Of a stretch of 64,000 nucleotides of DNA, positions 48,182 through 56,658 are shown one piece after another. The DNA is from an uncultured Nitrospira sp. (GTDB lineage Bacteria > Nitrospirota > Nitrospiria > Nitrospirales > Nitrospiraceae). The position numbers and the translations under genes were made by a program. Numbering within the stretch: position 1 is the stretch's first letter; each line of letters begins with the position of its first letter. The notes beneath the pieces were generated by a model. That model did not search any database and was not told where the DNA came from. It worked only from the letters and a program-made list of their open reading frames with translations. The stretch covers positions 18,955-82,954 of the forward strand of contig CAZVEZ010000001.1 in the NCBI GenBank assembly GCA_964626135.1, written 5' to 3'.

Positions 48182-49066
48182 ATGGCGACCATGCCGGAGA
48201 CGGAACAGATCGTCTGCCCCTGTGGCAGTCAGACAACGCCGGTCGATGTGTTTCACACGCCGACCAGACGCTATGTGCGTTGCCCTGGCTGCGCGCTCGT
48301 ATTTCTGAATCCCCGTCCACTGGGAACACTAGTCGAGGAGTTTTACCGTGAAGACTACGATGAGGCCTACGGTGAAGCGGAGGCGTCGTCGGATCGCGAC
48401 CCGGTGTATGAAAGTGTCGCGCGGCGTCTGGGCCTGTACCGGAAACCACCAGGCCGGCTACTCGATGTCGGCTGTGGAGACGGCGCGTTCTTATCGCTCT
48501 GTCAGTCCTCGGGATGGACCTGTTATGGGTTGGAGTTGTCCAAGAAAGCCGTCATACGCGCGACTCGTCGCCGGCTCACGGTGTTACCGTCCGATTGGCT
48601 GGAACAGACCGGGGATCGCGAACTATTCGACGTGATCACCCTCGTGAACGTATTAGAGACTGTGACAAACCCGGCGAGCCTCTTACGGCAGATCGCGCGC
48701 GCACTGACGCCGTCTGGCCTAGTGGTGATCAGAGCGACCAATGGGGCCTTTCATCTTCCGATGCGGGGGCCGGCTCGATGGGTCGGGTCACGCTACGATC
48801 AAGCGTTTCACCTATTTCTGTACTCGCCTCAGGCGCTCCGCTCGTTGCTGAAGAGGATGGGATTGCGCACCATCGCGATCCATAACTCGGTTCCGAGCCG
48901 CGGGCCTCTCACTCCGGCGAATCCCTGGATGAGCCGGCTCAAGTGGCGGATCGGCGCGACGGCGTTCTGGTCTGGTGCGGAGATGCTCTATAAGGTGACG
49001 GGAGGGCGCATGGTCTGGGCTCCATCTTTTGAGATCATTGCCCAGCGGAGCGAGGGAATGCCATGA
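48182..49066 (+). CDS. Class I SAM-dependent methyltransferase with N-terminal Cys4 zinc-ribbon-like motif
   Basis: The N-terminus has CPCG...CPGC. The canonical motif I LLDVGCGDGAF is followed by FDVITLVNVLETV...GLVVIRATN. Confidence 0.85.
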   Translation: MATMPETEQIVCPCGSQTTPVDVFHTPTRRYVRCPGCALVFLNPRPLGTLVEEFYREDYDEAYGEAEASSDRDPVYESVARRLGLYRKPPGRLLDVGCGDGAFLSLCQSSGWTCYGLELSKKAVIRATRRRLTVLPSDWLEQTGDRELFDVITLVNVLETVTNPASLLRQIARALTPSGLVVIRATNGAFHLPMRGPARWVGSRYDQAFHLFLYSPQALRSLLKRMGLRTIAIHNSVPSRGPLTPANPWMSRLKWRIGATAFWSGAEMLYKVTGGRMVWAPSFEIIAQRSEGMP

Positions 49067-49317
49067 ATACCTCCCATTGGTCCAGGCACCGATGGTGTGG
49101 GTATTCGATCAGATTTTGGATGACCGTCGTCGCGCTCTGTTTGCTTGGCGCAATCGCCACGCTTGGAGTGCGGTTGATGCTGATCTCTGTCGGATCTGCC
49201 AAACATACTCGCTATGAACCGGTGGATGTGCCGCCACAAGAAGTCTCACCCCGCCATCAAAAAGAACGGGAAGAGTATGAACGGCGCGAGCGAGTGTCGA
49301 CGGAGCCGAGTCGATAA
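49063..49317 (+). CDS. Small single-pass membrane protein (84 aa), unknown function
   Basis: An ATGA overlap links it to the upstream methyltransferase. One TM helix (FWMTVVALCLLGAIATLGVRLMLI) is followed by a highly charged tail (KEREEYERRERV). I recognise no family. Confidence 0.45.
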   Translation: MNTSHWSRHRWCGYSIRFWMTVVALCLLGAIATLGVRLMLISVGSAKHTRYEPVDVPPQEVSPRHQKEREEYERRERVSTEPSR

Positions 49318-49343
49318 CCACGCACAGTTGGAGTCGCGATTCT

Positions 49344-51278
49344 ATGTGCGGTATTTGCGGGTTTGTGGGGGATCATGATCCGGTTCTGCTTGAGCGCATG
49401 CTCAGCCGACTTGTCCATCGAGGGCCGGACGAGGAAGGAACGCATCACGACGCAGGCGTGGCTTTCGGTGTGCGGCGATTACGAGTCATCGACCCGGCCG
49501 GAGGCCATCAACCGGTTCGAAACGAGACGGGCTCCGTGTGGGCGATCTTGAACGGTGAGATTTATAATTATCGCGAACTCCGCAGAGAATTGAGTCAGAA
49601 AGGCCATCGCTTTCAGTCCGATAGCGATACCGAAGTGCTGGTGCATCTCTATGAAGAAGAGGGGCCGGAGGCGGTCTACCGGCTGCGTGGGATGTTTGCC
49701 TACGCCATTTGGGATCGTGAGCAAGATCTCGTACTGCTGGTCCGTGATCGCCTGGGAGTCAAACCCTTGTATTACACCGTCCAAACAGGGACAGCCGGCG
49801 CGTCTCAGCGTGTGCTGTTTTCATCGGAACTGCCGTCATTGCTGGAGGGGCTGCCGGATTGGACGATCCGCCCGCAGGCTATCGCAGACTTTCTGTCACT
49901 GCTCTATGTGCCCGGCCCCGATACAATCGTCGAAGGTGTTTATCAGCTTCGACCGGGAGAGGCACTCAAAATTGCACGAGGCCGCCTGGAGTTCTGGCGC
50001 TACTATCGCCCGGATGAAGAGGTGACGTCTCAGGATACATGTTCAGAGAGCGATCAACGAGCGCGATTTCTAAGCGCGCTTCGTGAGTCCGTGCAGGCGC
50101 ATCTGGTCAGCGACGTCCCGCTCGGTTTATTTTTGTCCGGCGGGGTGGATTCCGCATCGATCCTGGCCTGCATGCGTGAGGCAATCCCAGGATCGATCAA
50201 GACGTTTTCCATCGGCTACGATGCGCCGGAAGATCAATCGTATAATGAGATCAATGAAGCCCGGTTCCTCGCAAGCCATTTCGGAACGGACCACACGGAA
50301 GCCCTGTTGCGCCCCGATGCAGTCTCGCTGCTTCCTCGCGTCGTGGCCGGTATGGGAGAACCGTTCGGCGATTCTTCGGCCATCCCCACATATTTGCTGT
50401 CCGAGCTGGCCAGACAGTCTGTGACGGTGGCGCTGTCCGGTATCGGCGGCGATGAACTTTTCGGAGGCTATCCTCGTTACCTCGGCCTTCGCACGGCGGC
50501 TCGCTATGAGGCTCTTCCTGCGGCGATGCGCGCGTCGATTGCGTCTTGTGCCTCAGCCTGTCTGCCGGATGGTTCAGGAGGCCGTGACGTGCGCGGCCGC
50601 CTCAAGCGATTTCTGCTGGACGGCCATCGTCCGTTAAATGAGCAGTATCTCCGCTGGACGACGTTTCAGCCTGCCGGGTGGGACGCGCCGCTGTTTGCCG
50701 ATGGACTCCGTTCTGCTGTGGCCGATAGCGCAGCGCTTCAGCATATCCGGACGCTCTTCGACCAATGGCCATCCCGCGAACCGGCCGATCGCGCCATGGG
50801 CGTCGATCTGCAGACCTATCTGCCGGACGATTTGCTGCGGATGGGCGATCGGATGAGCATGGCCCATTCACTCGAACTTCGCGTCCCCTTCTGCGACCAC
50901 CATCTGTTGGCATTCGCTTGTTCACTATCTACAACGACGAGATTGCAAGGCTGGAAATTAAAGGGATTTATGAGGTCTACCTTGCAAAGTATCGTACCGG
51001 AACGAATTACCTCTGCTCCAAAACGAGGATTTATGCTGCCGCTCGCGCGATGGTTGCGAGAGGATCTGCGCGAAATGAGCCGGGATGTGCTTTCCGATGA
51101 AGCGATCCGCCGCCGAGGCTACATCAATCCTGCCTATGTGCAGTGGTTGCTGGCTGAACACCAGAGCAGACGGCGGAATTTTACGGATCAACTCTATGCC
51201 CTCATGGTGTTGGAACTGTGGCATCGGCAAGTGACGCAGCCGGCTTCCTGCCTTCCGATGGGGATAGGCGCAGCATGA
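49344..51278 (+). CDS. asnB: Asparagine synthetase (glutamine-hydrolysing) family amidotransferase
   Basis: The Ntn start is MCGICGF (Cys2), and the PP-loop is LFLSGGVDSASI. The 644-aa product sits inside a glycan locus, so it probably amidates a glycan rather than making free Asn (inference). Confidence 0.9.
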   Translation: MCGICGFVGDHDPVLLERMLSRLVHRGPDEEGTHHDAGVAFGVRRLRVIDPAGGHQPVRNETGSVWAILNGEIYNYRELRRELSQKGHRFQSDSDTEVLVHLYEEEGPEAVYRLRGMFAYAIWDREQDLVLLVRDRLGVKPLYYTVQTGTAGASQRVLFSSELPSLLEGLPDWTIRPQAIADFLSLLYVPGPDTIVEGVYQLRPGEALKIARGRLEFWRYYRPDEEVTSQDTCSESDQRARFLSALRESVQAHLVSDVPLGLFLSGGVDSASILACMREAIPGSIKTFSIGYDAPEDQSYNEINEARFLASHFGTDHTEALLRPDAVSLLPRVVAGMGEPFGDSSAIPTYLLSELARQSVTVALSGIGGDELFGGYPRYLGLRTAARYEALPAAMRASIASCASACLPDGSGGRDVRGRLKRFLLDGHRPLNEQYLRWTTFQPAGWDAPLFADGLRSAVADSAALQHIRTLFDQWPSREPADRAMGVDLQTYLPDDLLRMGDRMSMAHSLELRVPFCDHHLLAFACSLSTTTRLQGWKLKGFMRSTLQSIVPERITSAPKRGFMLPLARWLREDLREMSRDVLSDEAIRRRGYINPAYVQWLLAEHQSRRRNFTDQLYALMVLELWHRQVTQPASCLPMGIGAA

Positions 51279-53758
51279 ACGTGCTCCTGTTTGCAGAAGT
51301 CACGATCGAGCAGGTGATCGGTGGCGCTGAGCGGGTGCTCCGGCAACAGGCGCTGGGGCTGGCCAGACTGAACCATCACGTGCGGGTGATCGCGCGGGCT
51401 CCCTTCGAGTCTGCAGAGCCCGACTGGACGATTGGGACCGTGACCGAACGGCGATATCCCGTGATGCGAACCAGCGAACCGGCATTTGTCCGGTCTTCAG
51501 TGCACAACTCTCTTCGGATATTCGATCTCATGCGGCAGACCTGTCCGGTCGATCTTGCCATGATTCATCAATCGTTGGCAGGTCTCGGCCCGATCTTGTT
51601 CCGCTACGGGACAGTCAGCCGTTGGGTGTACGTCTGTCATTCGTTGGCGCATGAAGAGTATCTCACCAGAGCAGAGCGGGCGGCGACGACCCTGGTGCGG
51701 GTCAGGCGGCGCTTAAGCGCGCGCGCCAGATGTTGGATTGAACGCACGGTCATCCGCCGCTGTCATCATGTCGTCGTCTTGAGCGAATTCATGAAACAAC
51801 AGGTGATGGCCGCGCATGGAATTGCGCCGGCGCAGATTACCGTGGTTCCCGGCGCAGCCGACCCGGCCACGTTCCATCCCGCTCACGATCGGAACGAGAT
51901 TCGGCGGGAGCTCAAGTTGCCGGAGAGCCGGACGCTGTTGTTTACAGTCCGCAATCTGGTTCCCCGCATGGGGCTGGAACATCTCCTTGAAGCGATGACA
52001 ATGCTCGGGGAAGAGCAGCAGAATCTTCTGCTCCTGATCGGCGGGCAGGGTCAACTGCGCCCGCGATTGGAGGAACTGATTCGCAGCAGAGGATTACAAG
52101 ATTCAGTGCAGTTGCTCGGATTCGTACCGGAGGATCAGTTGCCCAAGTATTATCAGGCGTCCGATCTGGTCGTGATGCCGACGCTGCAACTCGAAGGGTT
52201 CGGTTTGGTGACGGTCGAGGCGTTGGCCTGCGGCACACCGGTCATGGGCACGCCCGTCGGCGCGATTCCAGAAGTGCTGAAAACGGTCGATCCGTTGTGT
52301 GTGACGGAAGGAACGGACGGCGCGTCGCTCGCGCGCACATTACGAGTCCTGCTGAAGCGGTTTCGCGCGCAACCGGGTGAGCGGGAGCGGTTCTCAAGAA
52401 AAGGACGCGAGGTCGTCGAACAGCGTTACAACTGGACGGCGCATACGGCCGATCTGGATCGTCTGATCGCGAGTCTCTCGCAAGACCGTCCGGTCGTGCC
52501 GCAGCTCCCTATCGGGAGCCTATCCAACAGTGACCCGTCTATTTCGTCGAGTGGCAATGCCGCACAGGTTTTTAACCCAAAGAAAGTGATCCATGTGATC
52601 ACGCGCCTGGACTATGGCGGGTCGGCGCAGAACACGATGCTGACCGCACTGGGCCACGACCGCGCGCAATTTGAGCCGTTCGTGATCGCCGGGTATCCGG
52701 GCAGTTGGGATGCCCAAGGCGGACAGGCAGCGACTGAAGAGAATTGCCGCAGACTTGAGAGGGCGGCAATCCGCTGGAGGCTGCTTCCTTCGCTGACAAG
52801 AGAGATCAATCCGATCAAGGATATACAGGCTCTCTGGCAATTGATTCGCCTGTTCCAGCGCGAGCAGCCGGCACTGGTGCATACCCACACATCGAAGGCC
52901 GGCGTGTTGGGGCGAGCGGCAGCCTGGTTCGCGCGGGTGCCGGTCATCGTCCATACGCCCCACGGCCATGTATTCTACGGCCACTTCGGCCCATTCCGGT
53001 CGTGGCTGTTTCTTCAGATCGAACGGGTGCTGAGCGCCGTCACACATCGACTGATTGCGCTGACGGACGCGGAACGGCAAGACCACCTCGATCGCGCTGT
53101 CGGTAACGCAGACCGGTTCGCCGTGGTGCCGAGCGGGATCGATCGTGAGCGGTTCGGGCGGGCAAGGGTTCAGGGGAAACGACAGCCGGATTGGTTCGGT
53201 TGCCCACCGGATGCGGTGATCGTCGGATCGGTCGGATGGCTCACCGATATCAAAGGCCATGCATACCTGATTGCGGCCGTTGCCGAGTTACAACGGGATT
53301 TTCCCTCGCTCCATCTTGTGATCATCGGGAGCGGTGACCGGCATGACGCGTTGTTGCAGCAAGCGGAGTCAGCCGGCCTCCGTGATGCCGTGCATCTCCT
53401 GGGTCACAGGAATGACGTCGAAGCCTGTCTCGCCGGGATGGACCTGTTCGTCCTGCCCTCGCTCAATGAAGGGATGGGGCGCGCGCTGATCGAGGCCATG
53501 GCAGCCGGGCTTCCGGTGATTGCCTCACGGGTCGGTGGTATTCCCGCCGTCATCAATCACGAGCGAACAGGTTTGCTGGTGCCTCCCGGCGATGCCCGTG
53601 CGTTGGCCGAGGCGCTGCGTCGGGTACTTGATCGACCGGAGTGGGCTTCGCAGTTGGGCGCGGCGGCGAGCCGCAGTGTAGACAGCCGATATGGGTCGGT
53701 CTCGATGGTCCGTGCAATCGAATCAATCTTTGCCGAGGCGCTCAGTGTTCATTTGTAA
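51275..53758 (+). CDS. Tandem double glycosyltransferase (GT4-GT4 fusion)
   Basis: Two complete GT-B/GT4 units are present. Unit 1 reads MNVLLFAEV...GGAERV...LEGFGLVTVEALACGTPVMGT. Unit 2 reads KKVIHVITRLDYGGSAQN...LNEGMGRALIEAMAAGLPVIASRVGG. They are joined by a Ser/Pro-rich linker around 52480..52570. The ATG at 51275 overlaps the asnB stop. Confidence 0.85.
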   Translation: MNVLLFAEVTIEQVIGGAERVLRQQALGLARLNHHVRVIARAPFESAEPDWTIGTVTERRYPVMRTSEPAFVRSSVHNSLRIFDLMRQTCPVDLAMIHQSLAGLGPILFRYGTVSRWVYVCHSLAHEEYLTRAERAATTLVRVRRRLSARARCWIERTVIRRCHHVVVLSEFMKQQVMAAHGIAPAQITVVPGAADPATFHPAHDRNEIRRELKLPESRTLLFTVRNLVPRMGLEHLLEAMTMLGEEQQNLLLLIGGQGQLRPRLEELIRSRGLQDSVQLLGFVPEDQLPKYYQASDLVVMPTLQLEGFGLVTVEALACGTPVMGTPVGAIPEVLKTVDPLCVTEGTDGASLARTLRVLLKRFRAQPGERERFSRKGREVVEQRYNWTAHTADLDRLIASLSQDRPVVPQLPIGSLSNSDPSISSSGNAAQVFNPKKVIHVITRLDYGGSAQNTMLTALGHDRAQFEPFVIAGYPGSWDAQGGQAATEENCRRLERAAIRWRLLPSLTREINPIKDIQALWQLIRLFQREQPALVHTHTSKAGVLGRAAAWFARVPVIVHTPHGHVFYGHFGPFRSWLFLQIERVLSAVTHRLIALTDAERQDHLDRAVGNADRFAVVPSGIDRERFGRARVQGKRQPDWFGCPPDAVIVGSVGWLTDIKGHAYLIAAVAELQRDFPSLHLVIIGSGDRHDALLQQAESAGLRDAVHLLGHRNDVEACLAGMDLFVLPSLNEGMGRALIEAMAAGLPVIASRVGGIPAVINHERTGLLVPPGDARALAEALRRVLDRPEWASQLGAAASRSVDSRYGSVSMVRAIESIFAEALSVHL

Positions 53759-55274
53759 ACAAGACAGGCAGAGACAGACTGGGTGGCGGCTGATCCCTGC
53801 CTTCGCGACGGTGATCTTGTGCCTCTGTGGCGCCGTTTCGCACGCGCAGATGTCTAATGATCGGCAGGAGTTGCTGGCCACGGTGCACGTCCATAGTACC
53901 GCCAGCACCGGTGACTTGACCATTGAGGATTTAGCCGAACGGGCAGAACAGCTTGGTCTAGACGTGCTGATTCTGACCGACAACTTTTCTCTCCGTTATG
54001 AATATGGACTCTGGCCCTTGCCCGGCCTCTTGAAACGACAGGTCCGTTTTCCATCCGTGTTGGAATATGGAATCGAACGGTACTTGGACGAAATCGCAGC
54101 AGCGCAGAGCCGCCATCCGAAGCTGATCATCCTGCCGGGCGTCGAGGTCGCTCCCTATTACTACTGGACCGGTTCGGTATGGGGACGTACGTTGACGATG
54201 CACAATGCCCAACGCAATCTGTTGGTGATCGGCTTGACCAGGCCGGAAGATTACCGGTCCCTCCCTGTGAGCGGGAATCCGGGGTCCTATACGTTCGATT
54301 GGCGGGGAGCGGTCAATGCCGCGCCGATGTTGTTGGTGTTTCCCGCGGTCTGGATGTGGCGGCCTCTCAGGCGGAATTCCGATCGGCGCTCGGTACGGCG
54401 ATCCGTCGCCTGCGCGCTGATCGTCCTCGCGGTGGCGCTGGTGGTCAATGCCTGGCCGCTGAGTCAGCCGGCGTTCAGTTCGTACGACGACCGGCTGGGG
54501 TATCGTCCCTATCAGGTCCTCATCGATGATGTCAGAGCCAAAGGCGGGCTTGTCTTCTGGTCGATGACGGAAGCGCGGGATTTTCATGAATATACAGCCG
54601 GACCGTTGGGAACGGTGACCGTCAAGACGGAGCCACATCCCGAGGCGTTGTGGCAGACAACAGGGTATACGGGCTTCGGCGGGCTCTATCAGGATAGCCG
54701 AACAAGCATCAAACCGGGAGCACTATGGGACCAGTTGCTTCAATTACCTGCAAGTGAGCAGCGGCCGATCCCGGTTTTGATCGGCGAGCTGGGATTTCAT
54801 GGATTGAGCGATGCCGGGAAGGACCTGCATCGCCTCGTCATGGGGGTTTGGGTGAAAGAACGGACGGTTGCCGGTGTGCTGGAAGCGCTTCGGTTCGGTC
54901 ATGCCTATGCCGTCGGCGAGGGCGATCATCACGTCCAACTTCGATTGGATGAGTTTCGACTCGTCTGCCAGGGTGGCACAAAATCTGCCTCGGTCGGTGA
55001 CAGGCTGGAACCCCTCGGCGCGCGCGATCTCATGGTCCGTCTCTCTGTCACAGCGCGCGATCGCGGGCGACATCCTGTGAAGGTACGGGTCATTCGTTCC
55101 GGCGAGGTATTGGCTCAGTTTACCGGGGAGACGCCGTTTCGCGTCGAATGGCCTGACACCACCGTGCCGATAGAAGAGCGGTTGATCTATCGGGTGGAGA
55201 TCACAGGCAGCGGCGAGTTGCTGAGTAACCCGATTGTTGTGGAACCATTTCTTGACCTGAAAACTGAAAGCTGA
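53745..55274 (+). CDS. PHP-domain-like metal-dependent phosphoesterase with signal peptide and internal TM hairpin
   Basis: A signal-like LIPAFATVILCLCGAVSHA is followed by the PHP N-terminal motif VHVHSTASTGD...LGLDVLILTDN. Two hydrophobic helices (APMLLVFPAVWMW and VACALIVLAVALVVNAW) lie mid-protein, and the C-terminus is beta-rich. The start is uncertain: GTG 53745 or ATG 53850. Confidence 0.55.
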   Translation: MFICKQDRQRQTGWRLIPAFATVILCLCGAVSHAQMSNDRQELLATVHVHSTASTGDLTIEDLAERAEQLGLDVLILTDNFSLRYEYGLWPLPGLLKRQVRFPSVLEYGIERYLDEIAAAQSRHPKLIILPGVEVAPYYYWTGSVWGRTLTMHNAQRNLLVIGLTRPEDYRSLPVSGNPGSYTFDWRGAVNAAPMLLVFPAVWMWRPLRRNSDRRSVRRSVACALIVLAVALVVNAWPLSQPAFSSYDDRLGYRPYQVLIDDVRAKGGLVFWSMTEARDFHEYTAGPLGTVTVKTEPHPEALWQTTGYTGFGGLYQDSRTSIKPGALWDQLLQLPASEQRPIPVLIGELGFHGLSDAGKDLHRLVMGVWVKERTVAGVLEALRFGHAYAVGEGDHHVQLRLDEFRLVCQGGTKSASVGDRLEPLGARDLMVRLSVTARDRGRHPVKVRVIRSGEVLAQFTGETPFRVEWPDTTVPIEERLIYRVEITGSGELLSNPIVVEPFLDLKTES

Positions 55275-55284
55275 AGGTGTACAT

Positions 55285-55992
55285 ATGCGTGTTGCAATCC
55301 ATCAACCGCAGTTTCTGCCGTGGCTCGGGTATCTGGACAAGATCGATCAGGCGGATCTGTTCATCGCCTTGGATTCCGTGCAGTTCAAAAAGAACGAGTG
55401 GCAAAATCGCAATCGGATCAGAACCGCGGACGGCTGCCAGTGGATCACCGTGCCGGTCCTCCACCACTTCGGCCAATTGGTGAAAGAGGTCCGGGTCAAT
55501 CAGGCCGTGACCTGGCGGAGTCACCATGTGCGCGCCATCGAGATGCATTATGCAAGGGCGCCGTTCCGCGACCGGTATCTGCCGGAGTTGCGCCGTCTCT
55601 ATGAGCACCCATGGGAACGGTTGCACGACGTGAATATGGCGGTGATCCGTTGGCTGCTTGACGCATTCGGTATCACGACGCCCATTCGCTGCGCGTCGGA
55701 GTGGGAGGCGCGGGAAGAGCCCACCGACCGATTGATCGATCTCTGTCATGCCGTCGGAGCATCCGAATATCTTTCCGGTCCCGGCGGGGAACACTATTTG
55801 GACATTGCCAGGTTTGAATCGTCAGGGTTGCGGCTGGAGATTCAACAGTTCCAACATCCGATGTATCAGCAAGTCTATGAACCGTTCATGCCGGCGATGT
55901 CGGCAATCGATCTGTTGTTCTGCTGCGGCCCAGCGGCGCTGACGCGATTGCGCGCTGCACGGACGGGACAGCATGTGGTCACGGCGGCGTAG
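55285..55992 (+). CDS. WbqC-like family protein
   Basis: MRVAIHQPQFLPWLGYLDKIDQADLFIALDSVQFKKNEWQNRNRI is the characteristic WbqC N-terminus. The gene is 235 aa. Confidence 0.8.
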   Translation: MRVAIHQPQFLPWLGYLDKIDQADLFIALDSVQFKKNEWQNRNRIRTADGCQWITVPVLHHFGQLVKEVRVNQAVTWRSHHVRAIEMHYARAPFRDRYLPELRRLYEHPWERLHDVNMAVIRWLLDAFGITTPIRCASEWEAREEPTDRLIDLCHAVGASEYLSGPGGEHYLDIARFESSGLRLEIQQFQHPMYQQVYEPFMPAMSAIDLLFCCGPAALTRLRAARTGQHVVTAA

Positions 55993-56013
55993 TATCGAGT
56001 AAGGGGGGATGAG

Positions 56014-56658
56014 ATGGCGACTGAACGGAGAGTTCCGATGCGGGTTCTGGCAATCGGCGCGCATCCGGACGATATCGAAGCCGGGTGCGGAGGAACATTA
56101 CTCAAGTATGCGCAAAAGGGGCATCGCATATTTCTGATGGTCATGACGTCCGGCGGCAAGGGTGGCTCAAGCGGAGTCCGCAAGCGCGAGCAGGAGCAAT
56201 CGGCGAAACAATTGCGCGTCGAGAAGATTTTCTGGGGCGGATATGAAGACACGGCGGTTCCGATGGGGCGCGAATTGATTCAGGAGATCGAAGAGGTGGT
56301 GAAGGAAATTCAGCCCCACTTCATTTTCTCGCACTATCACGACGATACGCATCAGGACCATCGGCATTTGGCGATGAGTACGATCACGGCGACCCGCTAT
56401 ACCAAGAATGTGTTGTTCTATGAAGGGCCGACCACCCAGAACTTCTCGCCGACTGTCTTTGTCGACATCGATCAGGTATTGGAGGAGAAGGTCAAATCAA
56501 TCGAGGCCCACGCGTCGCAGGTCAAGAGGACCAACATCGAAGGCCTGAGTATCGTGGATGTGATTCGTGCCGGGGCGCATTTCCGCGGCATTCAGGGCCG
56601 GGTGAAAAACGCTGAAGGCTTTGTTCCACTGCGATTGTTTATTAATATCGGCGTATGA
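56014..56658 (+). CDS. PIG-L/LmbE family N-acetylglucosaminyl deacetylase
   Basis: VLAIGAHPDDIEAGCGGTLLKY matches the AHPDD zinc motif, with a downstream HQDH motif. The gene is 214 aa. Confidence 0.88.
   Translation: MATERRVPMRVLAIGAHPDDIEAGCGGTLLKYAQKGHRIFLMVMTSGGKGGSSGVRKREQEQSAKQLRVEKIFWGGYEDTAVPMGRELIQEIEEVVKEIQPHFIFSHYHDDTHQDHRHLAMSTITATRYTKNVLFYEGPTTQNFSPTVFVDIDQVLEEKVKSIEAHASQVKRTNIEGLSIVDVIRAGAHFRGIQGRVKNAEGFVPLRLFINIGV

Noticed and set aside
52520-53260. A 246-aa minus-strand ORF.
   Set aside because: It is antisense to the second GT4 unit of the double glycosyltransferase. It is an Arg/Pro-rich shadow ORF.
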